Of a DNA stretch of 64,000 bases, positions 45,317 to 56,233 are shown one piece after another. The notes beneath the pieces were generated by a model. That model saw only the letters and a list, made by a program, of their open reading frames with translations, was not told where the DNA came from and searched no databases. Source of the stretch: an uncultured delta proteobacterium (lineage in GTDB: Bacteria > Desulfobacterota > Binatia > UBA9968). The stretch lies in NCBI GenBank assembly GCA_963728565.1, contig CAVSLC010000022.1, positions 32,495-96,494 on the forward strand, in the 5' to 3' direction. Position numbers and translations under genes: made by a program. Position 1 is the first letter of the stretch. Each line of letters opens with the position of its first letter.

Positions 45317-45333
45317 GATGGTTGTCTCCTTTT

Positions 45334-46813
45334 CTAAACGGTCATAAGAAATCTCAGCAAGGTGCGCACGCCAAATCCGGTTCCGCCCTTGGGACAAGTG
45401 GCAATGTCGCGGTCGGTATATGCGGGCCCGGCGATGTCGAGATGGGCCCAGGGAATCTCTTCAACGAACTCTTGTAGTATCAGGGCCGCGGTTATCGCGC
45501 CGCCATGGCCGCCGCCAATATTCTTGATATCGGCAACGCTGCTCTTGATGTCCTCGCGATACTCTTTGACGAGCGGCAATTGCCAGAGCTTCTCTCCCGA
45601 TTCCTGCGCGCAGCGCATGACTCTCTCCGCGAGAGCATGGTGGTTACTGAACATACCGGCCACCTGCGTGCCCAAGGCGACCATGCAAGCGCCGGTCAAG
45701 GTAGCCAAATTGATCATGTAATCCGGCTTTTGTTTAGCGGCTAGCGCCAAAGCATCGGCAAGAATCAAACGGCCTTCGGCGTCGGTGTTCAAGACCTCGA
45801 TGGTTTTGCCATTAAGGTAACGAATGACATCGCCGGGCTTCTGAGCGTTGGGGCCGGGCAGATTATCCGTCGTCGGGATGTAGCCGATGACCTCAACTGC
45901 CGGACGCAGCACCGGCAGCCGACTCATGGCGGCAATGACCGCCGCGCCACCCGCCATATCCAGTTTCATAGTCTCCATAGACTTGGACGGCTTGAGCGAT
46001 AGCCCACCTGAGTCGAAAGTGATTCCTTTACCGATTAGGGCGATTTTCTTCCTAGGTTTACCCGCCGGCTTGTAATGAATCGTTATGAAACGTGGCTCTT
46101 CTTGACTGCCGCGATTAACGGCCAAGAGCCCCGCCAACTTCATGGATTCGATTTTCTTTTTACCCCAGACGTCCACAGACAGGCCGCGGCCGCGACAGTG
46201 ACGCTCCGCCTGTTCGCCTAAATATCGCGCCGTAGTGACCGAGGGAGGCTCGTTGATCAAATCGCGCGCTAAGAAAACCGCGCCGACAGTTTGTTCAGTA
46301 ATGCGCACCGCCTGATCCATACCGCTGCTGCGACTCAGCCCCGGTTTATGGAGCGTGAGAGTCTTAACCCCTAAAGGGTTCTTGGCGTTGGAGCGGTATT
46401 TAGTGAACTGGTAAGAAGCCAGCAATGCTCCCTCGACGATTGCCGCGGCAGCGCCAGCGGGATCTCGTTCGGGAGAGAAAAAAAATCCGATATCCTCAAC
46501 CCCAAGCGCGGTGGCCTCTCGTCTGGCCCGCGCTCCGGATCTACGCCAAATTTCAGCATCTACATCCGCCGCCTTACCGAGTCCAATCAGCAGCAGATTT
46601 GCTGCAGGGAGCACTCCGGCCGTCGAGTAGAGCAGGCTGGCGCCTTCAGTTCCGGCAAACTTACTTTTCTGGATGCGCTCCTGTAGCTTTCCCTTTAATC
46701 GCCGGTCCAGCGCGCGAATGCTTGTCTCTTCAAGCCTCTTCTCGGAAACAGGCACCACCAAAAGGTCGGTCTTCAAACTTTCCGGCCCGATGTCTTTGAA
46801 TCTAACTGTCCAT
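45334..46813 (-). CDS. pepA: Leucyl aminopeptidase (frameshift near the start)
   Basis: GKGITFDSGG, MKLDMAG, NTDAEGRL, WAHLDIAG. Confidence 0.95.
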
Positions 46814-46823
46814 AGAGCTTCGG

Positions 46824-47390
46824 TTAACCTCGTTGCCGAATCAGCGTCATAAATTCATTTCGAGTTTCTTGCCGATTTTGAAAAGCGCCAAGCAACGTGC
46901 TGGTGATCACCATCGAATTTTGCTTTTCCACGCCACGCATTCTCATGCATAGATGTTCGGCTTCTATCACTACCGCGACTCCCAATGGATCAAGCTTTTC
47001 CATGATGATCGTCGCTATCTGATTGGTCAATCGTTCCTGAACTTGCAGGCGGCGCGCATAGATATCGACTAAACGCGCCAGTTTGGAGATGCCGACGATT
47101 TTGTGATGCGGGATGTACGCCACGTGTGCTTTGCCGAAAAAAGGCAACATGTGATGTTCGCAAAGAGAAAAGAAGTCGATATCTTTCTGAACGATCATCT
47201 CTTGGTAGTCCTCGGTGAAGAGGGCATCGTTGATGACCTTTGCCGGATCCATGTCGTAACCTCTGGTCAGGAAAGTTAGCGCTTGAGCAACGCGGTGCGG
47301 TGTTTTGACCAGCCCTTCCCGCTCCGGATCTTCGCCCAGGGACTTCAAGATGAATCGAATCTGCTCTTCCATGCTGTTGTCAGTCTCCAT
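46824..47390 (-). CDS. folE: GTP cyclohydrolase I
   Basis: [28 protein letters not shown]. Confidence 0.96.
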   Translation of the reverse strand: METDNSMEEQIRFILKSLGEDPEREGLVKTPHRVAQALTFLTRGYDMDPAKVINDALFTEDYQEMIVQKDIDFFSLCEHHMLPFFGKAHVAYIPHHKIVGISKLARLVDIYARRLQVQERLTNQIATIIMEKLDPLGVAVVIEAEHLCMRMRGVEKQNSMVITSTLLGAFQNRQETRNEFMTLIRQRG

Positions 47391-47508
47391 GTTTTCCGGC
47401 TTAAGGCGCTTGGCGAGGTTGACGATTGAAAAGCAATTTGATGATCGCAAAAAGCTAACATTTAGCCACAAGCAGGTCAAATATTGGTAAAGCTCTAAGG
47501 AGCAGCGG

Positions 47509-48246
47509 CTAAAGTCTTTTGAGCAACCAGTCAGGGGTGAAACGTAACGCATAAATGTTCAGCATCGTCATGTAGTCGGTTATCAAGAGCAGGCCGACAA
47601 TCACCAGCAAGATTCCTCCCGCGATATGAAATGCTCGGATATAGCGACGAAATGATTGTGAGAATCGCATAAATGAATTGATGGCCACCGCGCTCATAAA
47701 AAAAGGCAGACCAAGGCCCGCGGCATAGGTGGAGAGCAGCAGAGTGCCGCGGCCGATTTCTCCCGAAGTTCCGGCTAAAGCGAGAATGGCGCCGAGAATC
47801 GGCCCGACGCAGGGCGTCCACGCCACCGCGAAGGTGATGCCGACCAAGACAGAACCTAAGTAACCGGCCGGCTTATCCCGTAAATTGAATTGCAGATACC
47901 GTTCGAGCGCCGGGATCTTGATAAGACCTATCAGATACAGTCCGACCAGTAGAATGAAGAGACCACCGACGATGCGAATACTATTGCGATAGCCGAAAAA
48001 CAGGCTGCCAAGAAAACTGGCGGATACGCCGAGGGAAATAAACACCAAAGAGAAACCGGCGATGAAAGCGACGGAATTGAGCACGACGCGCGCGCGGACT
48101 CGTTTGAGTGTTTGATCATGGCGCATATCTTCGAGAGATACGCCGGATATGAACGACAGGTACGACGGAATCAGCGGTAGAACGCAAGGCGAGAGGAACG
48201 AAAAAATACCAGCGGCAAAGGCGACAAAAACGTTAACATCGCTCAT
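47509..48246 (-). CDS. ccdA: Cytochrome c biogenesis protein CcdA
   Basis: [10 protein letters not shown] and [10 protein letters not shown]. Confidence 0.93.
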   Translation of the reverse strand: MSDVNVFVAFAAGIFSFLSPCVLPLIPSYLSFISGVSLEDMRHDQTLKRVRARVVLNSVAFIAGFSLVFISLGVSASFLGSLFFGYRNSIRIVGGLFILLVGLYLIGLIKIPALERYLQFNLRDKPAGYLGSVLVGITFAVAWTPCVGPILGAILALAGTSGEIGRGTLLLSTYAAGLGLPFFMSAVAINSFMRFSQSFRRYIRAFHIAGGILLVIVGLLLITDYMTMLNIYALRFTPDWLLKRL

Positions 48247-48812
48247 CTTTTTCCATCGAGGAGATCTTTGATGAGGTTACGGGCTGCGGCGCTATACCAT
48301 TCCGCCGGTCCCCATGCGCGCGCCAATCCTTCGCCTTTAGGCCCAATCAAATAGGTCGTCGGCAATCCCCAGGCGCCGTAGAGTAGTCCTACCTGAGCAT
48401 CCGAATCGATGACGATAGGATAGGAGAGCTTTAGTTCCTTGGCAAAATTTATTGCGTCCTGCTTGCGATCTTTGACATTGACCGCCAGAACCACGAAGTT
48501 CTTTTCCTTAAATTCCTGGTAAAGCTTTTCCATGGCCGGCATCTCTTCGCGACATGGGACGCACCATGTCGCCCAGAAATTCAAAAAAACCAATTTGCCG
48601 CGAAAATCTTTCAACGAGATTTTCTTGCTAGCGAGATTCGGCAAAGTGAAATCCGGCGTCGGCGCTTGATCTTTCATCGCCTCCAAATTCGGAATGGCCT
48701 TGTAATTGATCTTGCCCTGAGCCCAAGCGTAGCTCGAAGCCGTCGACAGGAGCGCCGGTATGATTAGCAGCAACAAAAGCGATCGGCTAGGAAACGGATA
48801 ATTCATAGCCAT
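48243..48812 (-). CDS. TlpA-family disulfide reductase
   Basis: NFWATWCVPCREEMP; signal anchor; next to ccdA. Confidence 0.92.
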   Translation of the reverse strand: MAMNYPFPSRSLLLLLIIPALLSTASSYAWAQGKINYKAIPNLEAMKDQAPTPDFTLPNLASKKISLKDFRGKLVFLNFWATWCVPCREEMPAMEKLYQEFKEKNFVVLAVNVKDRKQDAINFAKELKLSYPIVIDSDAQVGLLYGAWGLPTTYLIGPKGEGLARAWGPAEWYSAAARNLIKDLLDGKR

Positions 48813-48992
48813 GACTGTAGCGAACTGGCTGAATCGACGCAATGTCCGGAATTGTGTTGAAGGTCTGAGTAACCTGGTTCTCCGCATGCGCCATCGGGCG
48901 TCCATCGTAGATCTAGAGTGTATGATCGCGATCAGCTATCGATGCGTGATGCACATAGGCTGGTTCTGAATGGAGAGATTCGGTTGAGATAC

Positions 48993-49028
48993 AACAAAAA
49001 CAAAGCCCCCCGGCAATCACCGGAGGGC
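48993..49028 (-). terminator. Rho-independent terminator
   Basis: GCCCUCCGG-UGAUUG-CCGGGGGGC followed by UUUGUUUUUGUU. Confidence 0.8.
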
Positions 49029-49114
49029 CTGTTTTCGAGATAGCCAGAACGACTATCTAGCCGCCTGAGAGTCTAGGAGGGTTTATCCACCACAACCCCA
49101 CATCAAAAAAACAG

Positions 49115-49168
49115 TTACTTCTTTTTCTTCTTGGCTTTTTTCTTTGCCGCTTTTTTCTTAGTTGCCAT
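49115..49168 (-). CDS. 17-aa lysine-rich peptide MATKKKAAKKKAKKKKK
   Basis: AAGGAGGT RBS at 49180-49173; ATG..TAA; own promoter and terminator; below the ORF-track cutoff. Confidence 0.75.
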   Translation of the reverse strand: MATKKKAAKKKAKKKKK

Positions 49169-49278
49169 AGGCACCTCCTTTTAGGATTCGGCGGGCGGGC
49201 TGTATCGAGGGGAGTTAAAGCGTGACTCAGGCGAAGAGAAGTAGAACAGAAACCCTCCCATATTTTGTAGCTGACCGG

Positions 49279-49308
49279 ATTATAAAGGCGCTATAAGTTG
49301 TATGTCAA
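49279..49308 (-). promoter_or_regulatory. Perfect-consensus sigma70 promoter with upstream AT-rich UP-like tract
   Basis: TTGACA-N18-TATAAT; A/T tracts at 49309-49350. Confidence 0.85.
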
Positions 49309-49661
49309 GAAAAAAATACCATTTTAGAAAACATTTTTTGAATTTTTTCATTTCACGGCAAAACAAAATCGCTTCTGAATATCGGTTGAACACGTTAGAT
49401 TATTTCTTTTGAGAAACGAACAGAATGTTTTATTCAGCTATCCACAGGTGACTTGCCGCTTTACAAGGCAGTAGGGTTGGCACACTTTCTCATTGAGCAG
49501 CAAACCCCGGGCGGCGATTTAGAAATTTAGATCCGTCCTAATTCAGGGAAATCACCATGGCCAGCCGGATCACTTGGATGATCTTCGCACACGAGCAGGA
49601 ATGCTATACAGCCAAACCTTACACTGAGAGACGTTGAACGGTTCAGCCAATGAAACAAGCT

Positions 49662-51009
49662 CTAGCCGAGCTGTAAAGCTTTAATCAGCTTCAGTAGATG
49701 AGTTCTATGCAATCCGAGAGCCTTGGCGGCGGCTGCGCGATTGCCACCGGCCTCAGACAGCGCCTTCAGGATCAGGTCGCGCCGGTGATGATTGATTGTA
49801 TCGTGATAGGATTTCGCTATCGGCAGTTGTATGGGTTGGCTTTAGACCGGCGATGCGCGCCGGCAGCAGGTCAATGGTCAGAACGGGACCGTCTCCGAGA
49901 ACTACTGCGCGCTCGATTACATTGGCTAGCTCGCGCACATTTCCGGGCCAATCGTAGGCCATGAGGGTTGCTTCCGCGTCGTCGCTGATTCGCGAAAATA
50001 GCTTCTTGGTTTCAACAGAAAATCGCTGTAAGAAATGGGCCGCCAGCTCGGAGATGTCTTCACGGCGTTCCCGAAGGGGAGTGAGGATGATCGGAATGAC
50101 GTTTAGCCGATGATAGAGATCCTCACGAAACGTGCCATCGCTCACCGCTTTGTCGATATTGCGGTTGGTTGCCGCAACGATTCTCACATCCACGCTGATC
50201 TGGTGTGTTCCGCCGACGCGCTCGAACTCGCGCTCTTGTAAAAACCTCAGAAGCTTGGCTTGAAGTTCCGGGGAGATATCGCCAACCTCGTCAAGAAAAA
50301 TCGTTCCACCGTCGGCTAGCTCGACTCTTCCTTTCTTTAACTGGTGCGCGCCGGTAAATGCGCCTTTCTCATGACCGAACAGCTCGCTTTCCAAAAGATC
50401 TTTGGAAAGGCCTACGCAATTGATCGGTATAAACGGTGCTGATTTTCTTTGACTCCAATTGTGGATTGCTCTGGCAAAAATTTCCTTGCCGGTGCCGCTC
50501 TCGCCGAGCAGCAGAACCGTGGATTTGCTGACCGCAGCTTTTTGGGCCTCACTCACCGCCCGCGCCATCGATACGCTTTTGCCCTGAACCATCTTAAAGC
50601 GAGCGTCGAGCTGTTCGGAAAGAATCTCTACTTCTTCACGAAGCCGGGTCCGCTCCAGCGCTTTTTTCACTACGATGGCGAGGTGATCAGGATCGAACGG
50701 CTTGGTAAGAAAATCTTCGGCGCCCTCCTTCATCGTCTCTACCGCCCGCTCGATGGTACCATGGGCGGTGATGATGACCACCGGAGTGTCGAGGCCTTTT
50801 CGCCGGATTTCTTTTAGCACTTCCAGACCATTCATGCCGGGCATCATGTAGTCGAGCAGAATCAGATCGGGTTGAAATCCGGGTAACTTCTCCAGAGCCT
50901 CCTCGCCACTGGCGCAGGTTGCAATCGAATGGCCCTGATCCGCTAACTCTTGCTCCAGCAGGTCTAAGTTAAAGGGCTCGTCATCGACGAGTAAAATTCT
51001 ATGTGCCAT
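49662..51009 (-). CDS. Sigma-54-dependent NtrC-family response regulator (frameshift near 49815)
   Basis: REC domain; GESGTGKE, ESELFGHEKGAFTGA, WPGNVREL; Fis HTH GNRAAAAKALGLHRT in the shifted frame. Confidence 0.93.
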
Positions 51010-51029
51010 TGCTGATATCGGACGGCTGG

Positions 51030-51059
51030 ATTGTAGGGTCGGGCTGGGAAGAACGTCAA
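51030..51059 (-). promoter_or_regulatory. Sigma70-type promoter
   Basis: TTGACG-N18-TACAAT. Confidence 0.55.
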
Positions 51060-51135
51060 GTTCTCGCTAGGGAAAGCGGGACGGACGGAGATTTTTAAAG
51101 TGAGTCTCCACGCTGACTGGATTGCTTTTGGTCGT

Positions 51136-52224
51136 TCACGATTTGAGTTTAACTATATTGAAAGCAGCGACGGCCCGGCTAAAGCCCTTGAGATGCAACT
51201 CCTCGCAAGCTTCGAATTCGACCAGGTCTTCGACTTTGCTCAAGGTTCTCTGATTGGTCAGAATCTGCCCGCCCTTGGCCTCGTCGCAAAGGCGCGCCGC
51301 AAGATTGGTGACGTTACCCACCGCGCCGTAATCCATGCGGCCCTCGAAGCCGATGTTTCCCAAGGTTGCATAGCTGGCGGCCAGGCCGATGCCCAAATCT
51401 AGATCGTAACCTTTCTTCATCCAGCCACTGCGAAGCTCTGTGCTTCGGCTACGCATCTCAACGGCCATACGAATCGCCCGCTCGGTATGATCCTCGCACG
51501 GTATCGGGTCATTGAAGAAGATCATGATGCCATCGCCGGCGAAGCGCTCTAGGGTGCCTTCGTATTTAAATACCAGCTTGCCCATTGCGGCGTGATAAGT
51601 TCGCAGCAATTCCATGACCTCTTCCGGTTCGGCGCTATCGGAGAACGCGGTAAAGCCGCGCAGGTCAAGGAACACCACCGTGATTTCGCGCCGGTGGGTT
51701 TTGAACAAGCTCTCATCATTGCTCTCGATCAAAGTATCGGCGATTTGCGGGGAAAGGTACCGCTTCAGGCGCTTCATGCGCTCAATCTCGCCAACCTGTT
51801 GTTCGACTTTTTGAGCCAGTGTCTTGTTCAGGTCCTCCAAAGAATCGTGCAGCTCTTTTATGCGCAGCATCGAACGGACTCTGGCCAACAGCTCGAATGC
51901 ATCGAACGGCTTGATGACGTAATCGTCGGCGCCGGCGTCCAGACCGGTGATCTTATCTTCCTGCGCCGCCTTCGCCGTGAGAAGTATCACCGGAAGGCTG
52001 CGCCATTTCTCGTCGGCTCGAAGCCGCTTCAGAACCTCCAGCCCGTTCATCCTCGGCATCATATAATCGAGGAGCACGACATCCGGTACAAAGGCCGGCA
52101 GTTTTTCGAGCGCCTCAGCGCCGTCACTGGCTCTTTCGATCTCGTAGCCTTGCTCCTGCAACTCTTGCTCGAGCAGATCGAGATTGAATGGTTCGTCGTC
52201 GACGATCAGAATTTTGTTGGTCAT
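51136..52224 (-). CDS. Response regulator fused to a class III adenylate/guanylate cyclase
   Basis: REC domain plus VFLDLRGFT, FAGDG, GNVTNLAARL. Confidence 0.93.
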   Translation of the reverse strand: MTNKILIVDDEPFNLDLLEQELQEQGYEIERASDGAEALEKLPAFVPDVVLLDYMMPRMNGLEVLKRLRADEKWRSLPVILLTAKAAQEDKITGLDAGADDYVIKPFDAFELLARVRSMLRIKELHDSLEDLNKTLAQKVEQQVGEIERMKRLKRYLSPQIADTLIESNDESLFKTHRREITVVFLDLRGFTAFSDSAEPEEVMELLRTYHAAMGKLVFKYEGTLERFAGDGIMIFFNDPIPCEDHTERAIRMAVEMRSRSTELRSGWMKKGYDLDLGIGLAASYATLGNIGFEGRMDYGAVGNVTNLAARLCDEAKGGQILTNQRTLSKVEDLVEFEACEELHLKGFSRAVAAFNIVKLKS

Positions 52225-52290
52225 GAGCGTATCGCTTATACAGTTTTCGATTTCAATCGGGAGTTGCTTCTGCTCGGCTCAACTCAGGCA

Positions 52291-52659
52291 TCAATCGAGA
52301 AATTTCCTGATCTTTTTCAACAATTCGTCTTCATCGATAGGCTTCGGCAGGTAATCATCGCAGCCAGCCTTGCGCGCCTCAACTTCGTCGCCCGCCATCG
52401 CATGGGATGTTACGGCAATAATCGGAATATGCTTTAGCTCATCGTTAGCTTTTATTTTGCGCGTCGCTTCCCAGCCATCCATGACCGGCATGCCGAGATC
52501 CATCAAGATGAGGTCCGGCCTTTCGGATTGCGTTTGTTTGAGGCCTTGGGCGCCGTCCTCGGCGATAACTAATTCAAACTCGTCTTCAAGCAGTTGCACC
52601 ACTAAATCGCGATTGAATTCGGTGTCATCGACAACAAGTATTTTTTTCTTTTTTCCCAT
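52291..52659 (-). CDS. Single-domain response regulator (DivK-like)
   Basis: LVVDD, LMDLGMP, AVTSHAM, YLPKPI. Confidence 0.92.
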   Translation of the reverse strand: MGKKKKILVVDDTEFNRDLVVQLLEDEFELVIAEDGAQGLKQTQSERPDLILMDLGMPVMDGWEATRKIKANDELKHIPIIAVTSHAMAGDEVEARKAGCDDYLPKPIDEDELLKKIRKFLD

Positions 52660-52765
52660 AGGTTCCTCGCTGGCAGAGCTGAATTTAGACTGCGGTGAAT
52701 TCTTCCATACCAGCTCGCGATGTTTGTTGTTCCCTGCGGCTCCCAAATCGAAAACTCGAAGCTGT

Positions 52766-55169
52766 TCAGTTGTTCTGGCTGAGCGGCAGGGTGATGGTAA
52801 ACTTTGAACCCTTGCCTACTTCGCTCTCGACGCCGATTTCGCCGCCGAGCAAATCAATGAGTCGCTTGACGATAGCCAACCCGAGTCCGGTTCCGCCGTA
52901 TTTTCTAGTCGTCGACATGTCCACTTGGCGGAACTCATCGAAGATATAATGCAAGGCGTCTTTGTTCATGCCGATTCCGGTGTCGGAAATAGCCAGCTTC
53001 AGCGAACCGTTCTCCGACCACGCGGCTACCTTGATTTCTCCTGCTTCGGTGAATTTAGCCGAGTTGCTCAAGAGATTGAGAATGACTTGTTTCAGTTTAT
53101 CCCGGTCTGTTTTGATCGCCGGAAGCTCGGGAGAGATCTCAGTAACGAGTCGCACGTTGCCATTTCTGAGCATCGGCTCGACCGTCGCGGTTGCAACCCG
53201 GACTACGTCATCGATCTTGAATGTCTCGGCATACACTTCCATGCGGCCAGCTTCGATCTTGGCTAAATCCAAAAGACCGTTGATCAATTTGAGCAAGTGT
53301 TCCGCGCTGACCAGCACTTTCTGCAGATTTTCTTTCTGCAGCTTTTCGATCTGTCCCTCGATCTTTCGCAGCACGAGCCGGGTAAAGCCGATGATCGAGT
53401 TCAGCGGTGTGCGCAGCTCATGGCTTACGTTCGCCAGGAACTGCGACTTATGCCGGTTGGCGGCTTCGAGCTGTTCATTCTTTTCTTCGAGCTCTTTGAA
53501 GAGACGAACGTTCTCGATGGCAATGACGGCCTGATCGGCGAATGTTTTGAGCAGGGCAATTTGACTTTCCGTAAATGGTTGGGTTTCTCTGCGGTAAACA
53601 ACAATCGCGCCGACCAGATTATTTTCCTTGAGCATGGGCACCGCGAGAACGCTCCGTATGCCCTCCTTGCGGTATTCTTCCGGCGGGTTCCAATTAGGAT
53701 CCGCATTAACATCAGGGATGTGAACCATCTTCCTTTCGAGCCCAACGCGACCGACTGCGGTTGTCGGATCCGGCGGAAATGATCGATCCGCCAATACAGT
53801 CATATGCGGCGAAACATATTGAGCCGTAACCAGGCTGAAAACCTTTCCATCAAATCTAAAAATTGCGCCGTAGTCGGAGCTGCCCAAACGTGTGGCGTTG
53901 GCGAGCATGGTTTCGAACACCGGTTGCAGGTCTCTCGGCGAGCTGCTGATAACGCCCAAAACCTGGCTCGTTGCCGTCTGTTGCTCCAAAGATTCGGTGA
54001 GCTCCTTGGTACGCGCTTCGACTTTTTGCTCCAAATTGGCATAGGACTCCTGCAGCTGAGATGTCATCTTGTTGAACTCGTCGGCCAGTATCTCCATCTC
54101 ATCGCCGGTTTTAAGATCGAGCCGGTAAGCCAGATCGCCGCTACCGATCCGTTCGACACCTTGGCGCAAGAATTCTGACCGGGCGAACAACCCGGCGCGC
54201 TAAGAACAGGCTGGCGATGAGAGCCATGCCGAGACCGATCATGAAAAGCGTCGAGGTTCGAATCATCGAAGCATAAAGCGCCTCGTAGGCTTCTTCGACC
54301 GGCCGCTCGAGCACCACCGCCCAGTCTAGAGTTGGGATCAAGGCGAACGAGCTGAGCACATCTTTGCCTTGCAGATCGGCGGCGACAATTGCGTTGGACG
54401 CCGCGACAACGGGCGTGTTTGGTCGAAACGCGGCTCTGGCCTGTTCCAGGTGGAGCACATTGCGGCGCTGCAGCACAAGGCTGATATCCGGATGGGCGAT
54501 TAACTCGCCGGATCGACTGATCGTATAAGCGTGGCCTGCTTTGCCCACGCGGATATTGGAAACAACGTCGCCGATGTATTTCAAATTAACTTCGGCCTGA
54601 AGCACCCCGATGACGTCGCCGGCAAACCGCTCGATGGGCACCGCAATGGTCATATAGGGTTCTGATCCGCGAACGAAATAAACCTGGCCGAAGTAGGATT
54701 TACCTTGCCTTGCTTGACGGAAGGATGGCGAGGTGGAGAGGTCTTTCTTGGCGTCCGGTAAAACCGTGCGCAATCGCGATGCCTGCACTTGGATAGTACC
54801 GTTTTCGTCGACCGCAAGCGCCTCAGTCACCGCCGGCGCAATGATCAAGAGTTTCTCTAATTCAAACCGAAATTCCGGCGTCAAACCTTTCGGCGCGATA
54901 TCGCGACTCTTGGTGGCTCCTTTCAAGATGTTATGAATCTCCTGAACGAACTGTTCGATCTTGAAGGCGGCGCCGGCGGCAATTTCCTTCTGAAGCAGAG
55001 CGAGCTGCTCTTGGCTCTCCTGATAGCGAAAATAGATCTCGACCAGGCCGCTGGTGATCAAGCCGCCGCCGATCAGCAGCACGGAAATCAAGAAATAATC
55101 GCGCAGCAGCCGTTCGCGCCGGCGACGCACGCCAAAGCTTTTCAACACGGGCAAATCACGCAGCTTCAT
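52766..55169 (-). CDS. Membrane sensor histidine kinase: TM-Cache-TM-HAMP-GAF-HisKA-HATPase (frameshift near 54180)
   Basis: Cache-like AYTISRSGELIAHPD; HAMP; GAF LKTFADQAVIAIENVRL; SHELRTPL; NLLSN; DTGIG; GGTGLGL. Confidence 0.9.
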
Positions 55170-55200
55170 TTCGTCTGATCACCTTGTGGGTATCGATATA

Positions 55201-56181
55201 TCACTTTATGACCTTGTCCGCCCGCGCCAGCATAGCCGGGGGCAGGGTCAATCCCAATTGTCTGGCTGTTTTCAGATTAATGAGGAATTCGAATTTTGTC
55301 GGCCGCTCGACCGGCAGATCCGCCGGCTGTGCCCCCTTGAGGATCTTGTCAACATAGACTGCCGCCTGTCGCCCCATCTCGTGAATGCTGAGCCCATACT
55401 GGATCAGACCGCCGGCCTCAGCGAACCCCGGCACTTCTGAAATGCTCGGCAGTTGCTGCCTGGTCGCAAATTCCGCAATGCGATTCTGATAAGTTTGAAA
55501 CATGGGATCGCTGACGACCAGCACGCCATCGACTCCGTTGCGACGCATTGCGGCGAACGCGTCTTCGAACTCGGCGGATTGCTTGACCTCAGCGCGCTCT
55601 AGACGCAACTTCAACGCTTGACCAGCGGGCTCGAGAACCTGCGGATAATTTTCCCAGGCCGAGTTTGCCGAATTCACTAAAACCGCCACGCGAGAGAGCT
55701 TGCGGGATGTTTCCTTCAAAAGCTCGAGCCTTTTACCCTCCAGCTCGGAGCTTAGCAAAGTCACGCCGGTGACGTTTCCACCTGGACGCGCCAGGCTGGC
55801 GACTATGCCGTCTGTTACCAGATCACCGGCCGCTCCAATAACGATTGGAATGGTTGAAGTGGCTTGCTTGGCCGCCCTCGCGCCGGTCACCGAATGCGTA
55901 AAGATGACGTCGGGCTTGAGCTTGACCAAGTCGTAAGCCAGTTCTGGCAGACGTTCCACTTTAAACTCGGCGTAACGATCTTCAAACATGACGTTTTGGT
56001 TTTCCGTATAGCCGAGCTCTCGTAACCTTTGTCGAAGTGCATCAATGACCGGCCGCGGCCGTGTGGCCGGTGACAGAATCGCGATTCGGTACATTCGTTT
56101 CCCCTGCTGCAGCGCCTCGGCGAGGCAAACAGCTGGCAGCAAAGCAGTGATCACTATGCAGATAGCAATGCTTCTAATCAT
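55201..56181 (-). CDS. ABC-type solute-binding protein (PF04392 family)
   Basis: Signal peptide; LARPGGNVTG, GKRLELLKE, DLPVERPTKFE..INLKTA, LARADKVIK. Confidence 0.9.
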   Translation of the reverse strand: MIRSIAICIVITALLPAVCLAEALQQGKRMYRIAILSPATRPRPVIDALRQRLRELGYTENQNVMFEDRYAEFKVERLPELAYDLVKLKPDVIFTHSVTGARAAKQATSTIPIVIGAAGDLVTDGIVASLARPGGNVTGVTLLSSELEGKRLELLKETSRKLSRVAVLVNSANSAWENYPQVLEPAGQALKLRLERAEVKQSAEFEDAFAAMRRNGVDGVLVVSDPMFQTYQNRIAEFATRQQLPSISEVPGFAEAGGLIQYGLSIHEMGRQAAVYVDKILKGAQPADLPVERPTKFEFLINLKTARQLGLTLPPAMLARADKVIK

Positions 56182-56233
56182 CCCATCGCGCTCCGAGTCT
56201 TTTCTGCTAACCGCTTTCTTTCATCACCCGATG

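Noticed and set aside
49037-49272. tmRNA or RNase P RNA
   Set aside because: No tRNA-like ends or T-loop; the ORF has its own ATG and RBS; RNase P P4 motifs are absent.
51592-53782. Long antisense ORFs (281, 190 and 161 aa) over the signalling genes
   Set aside because: Typical GC-rich shadow frames opposite well-supported genes.
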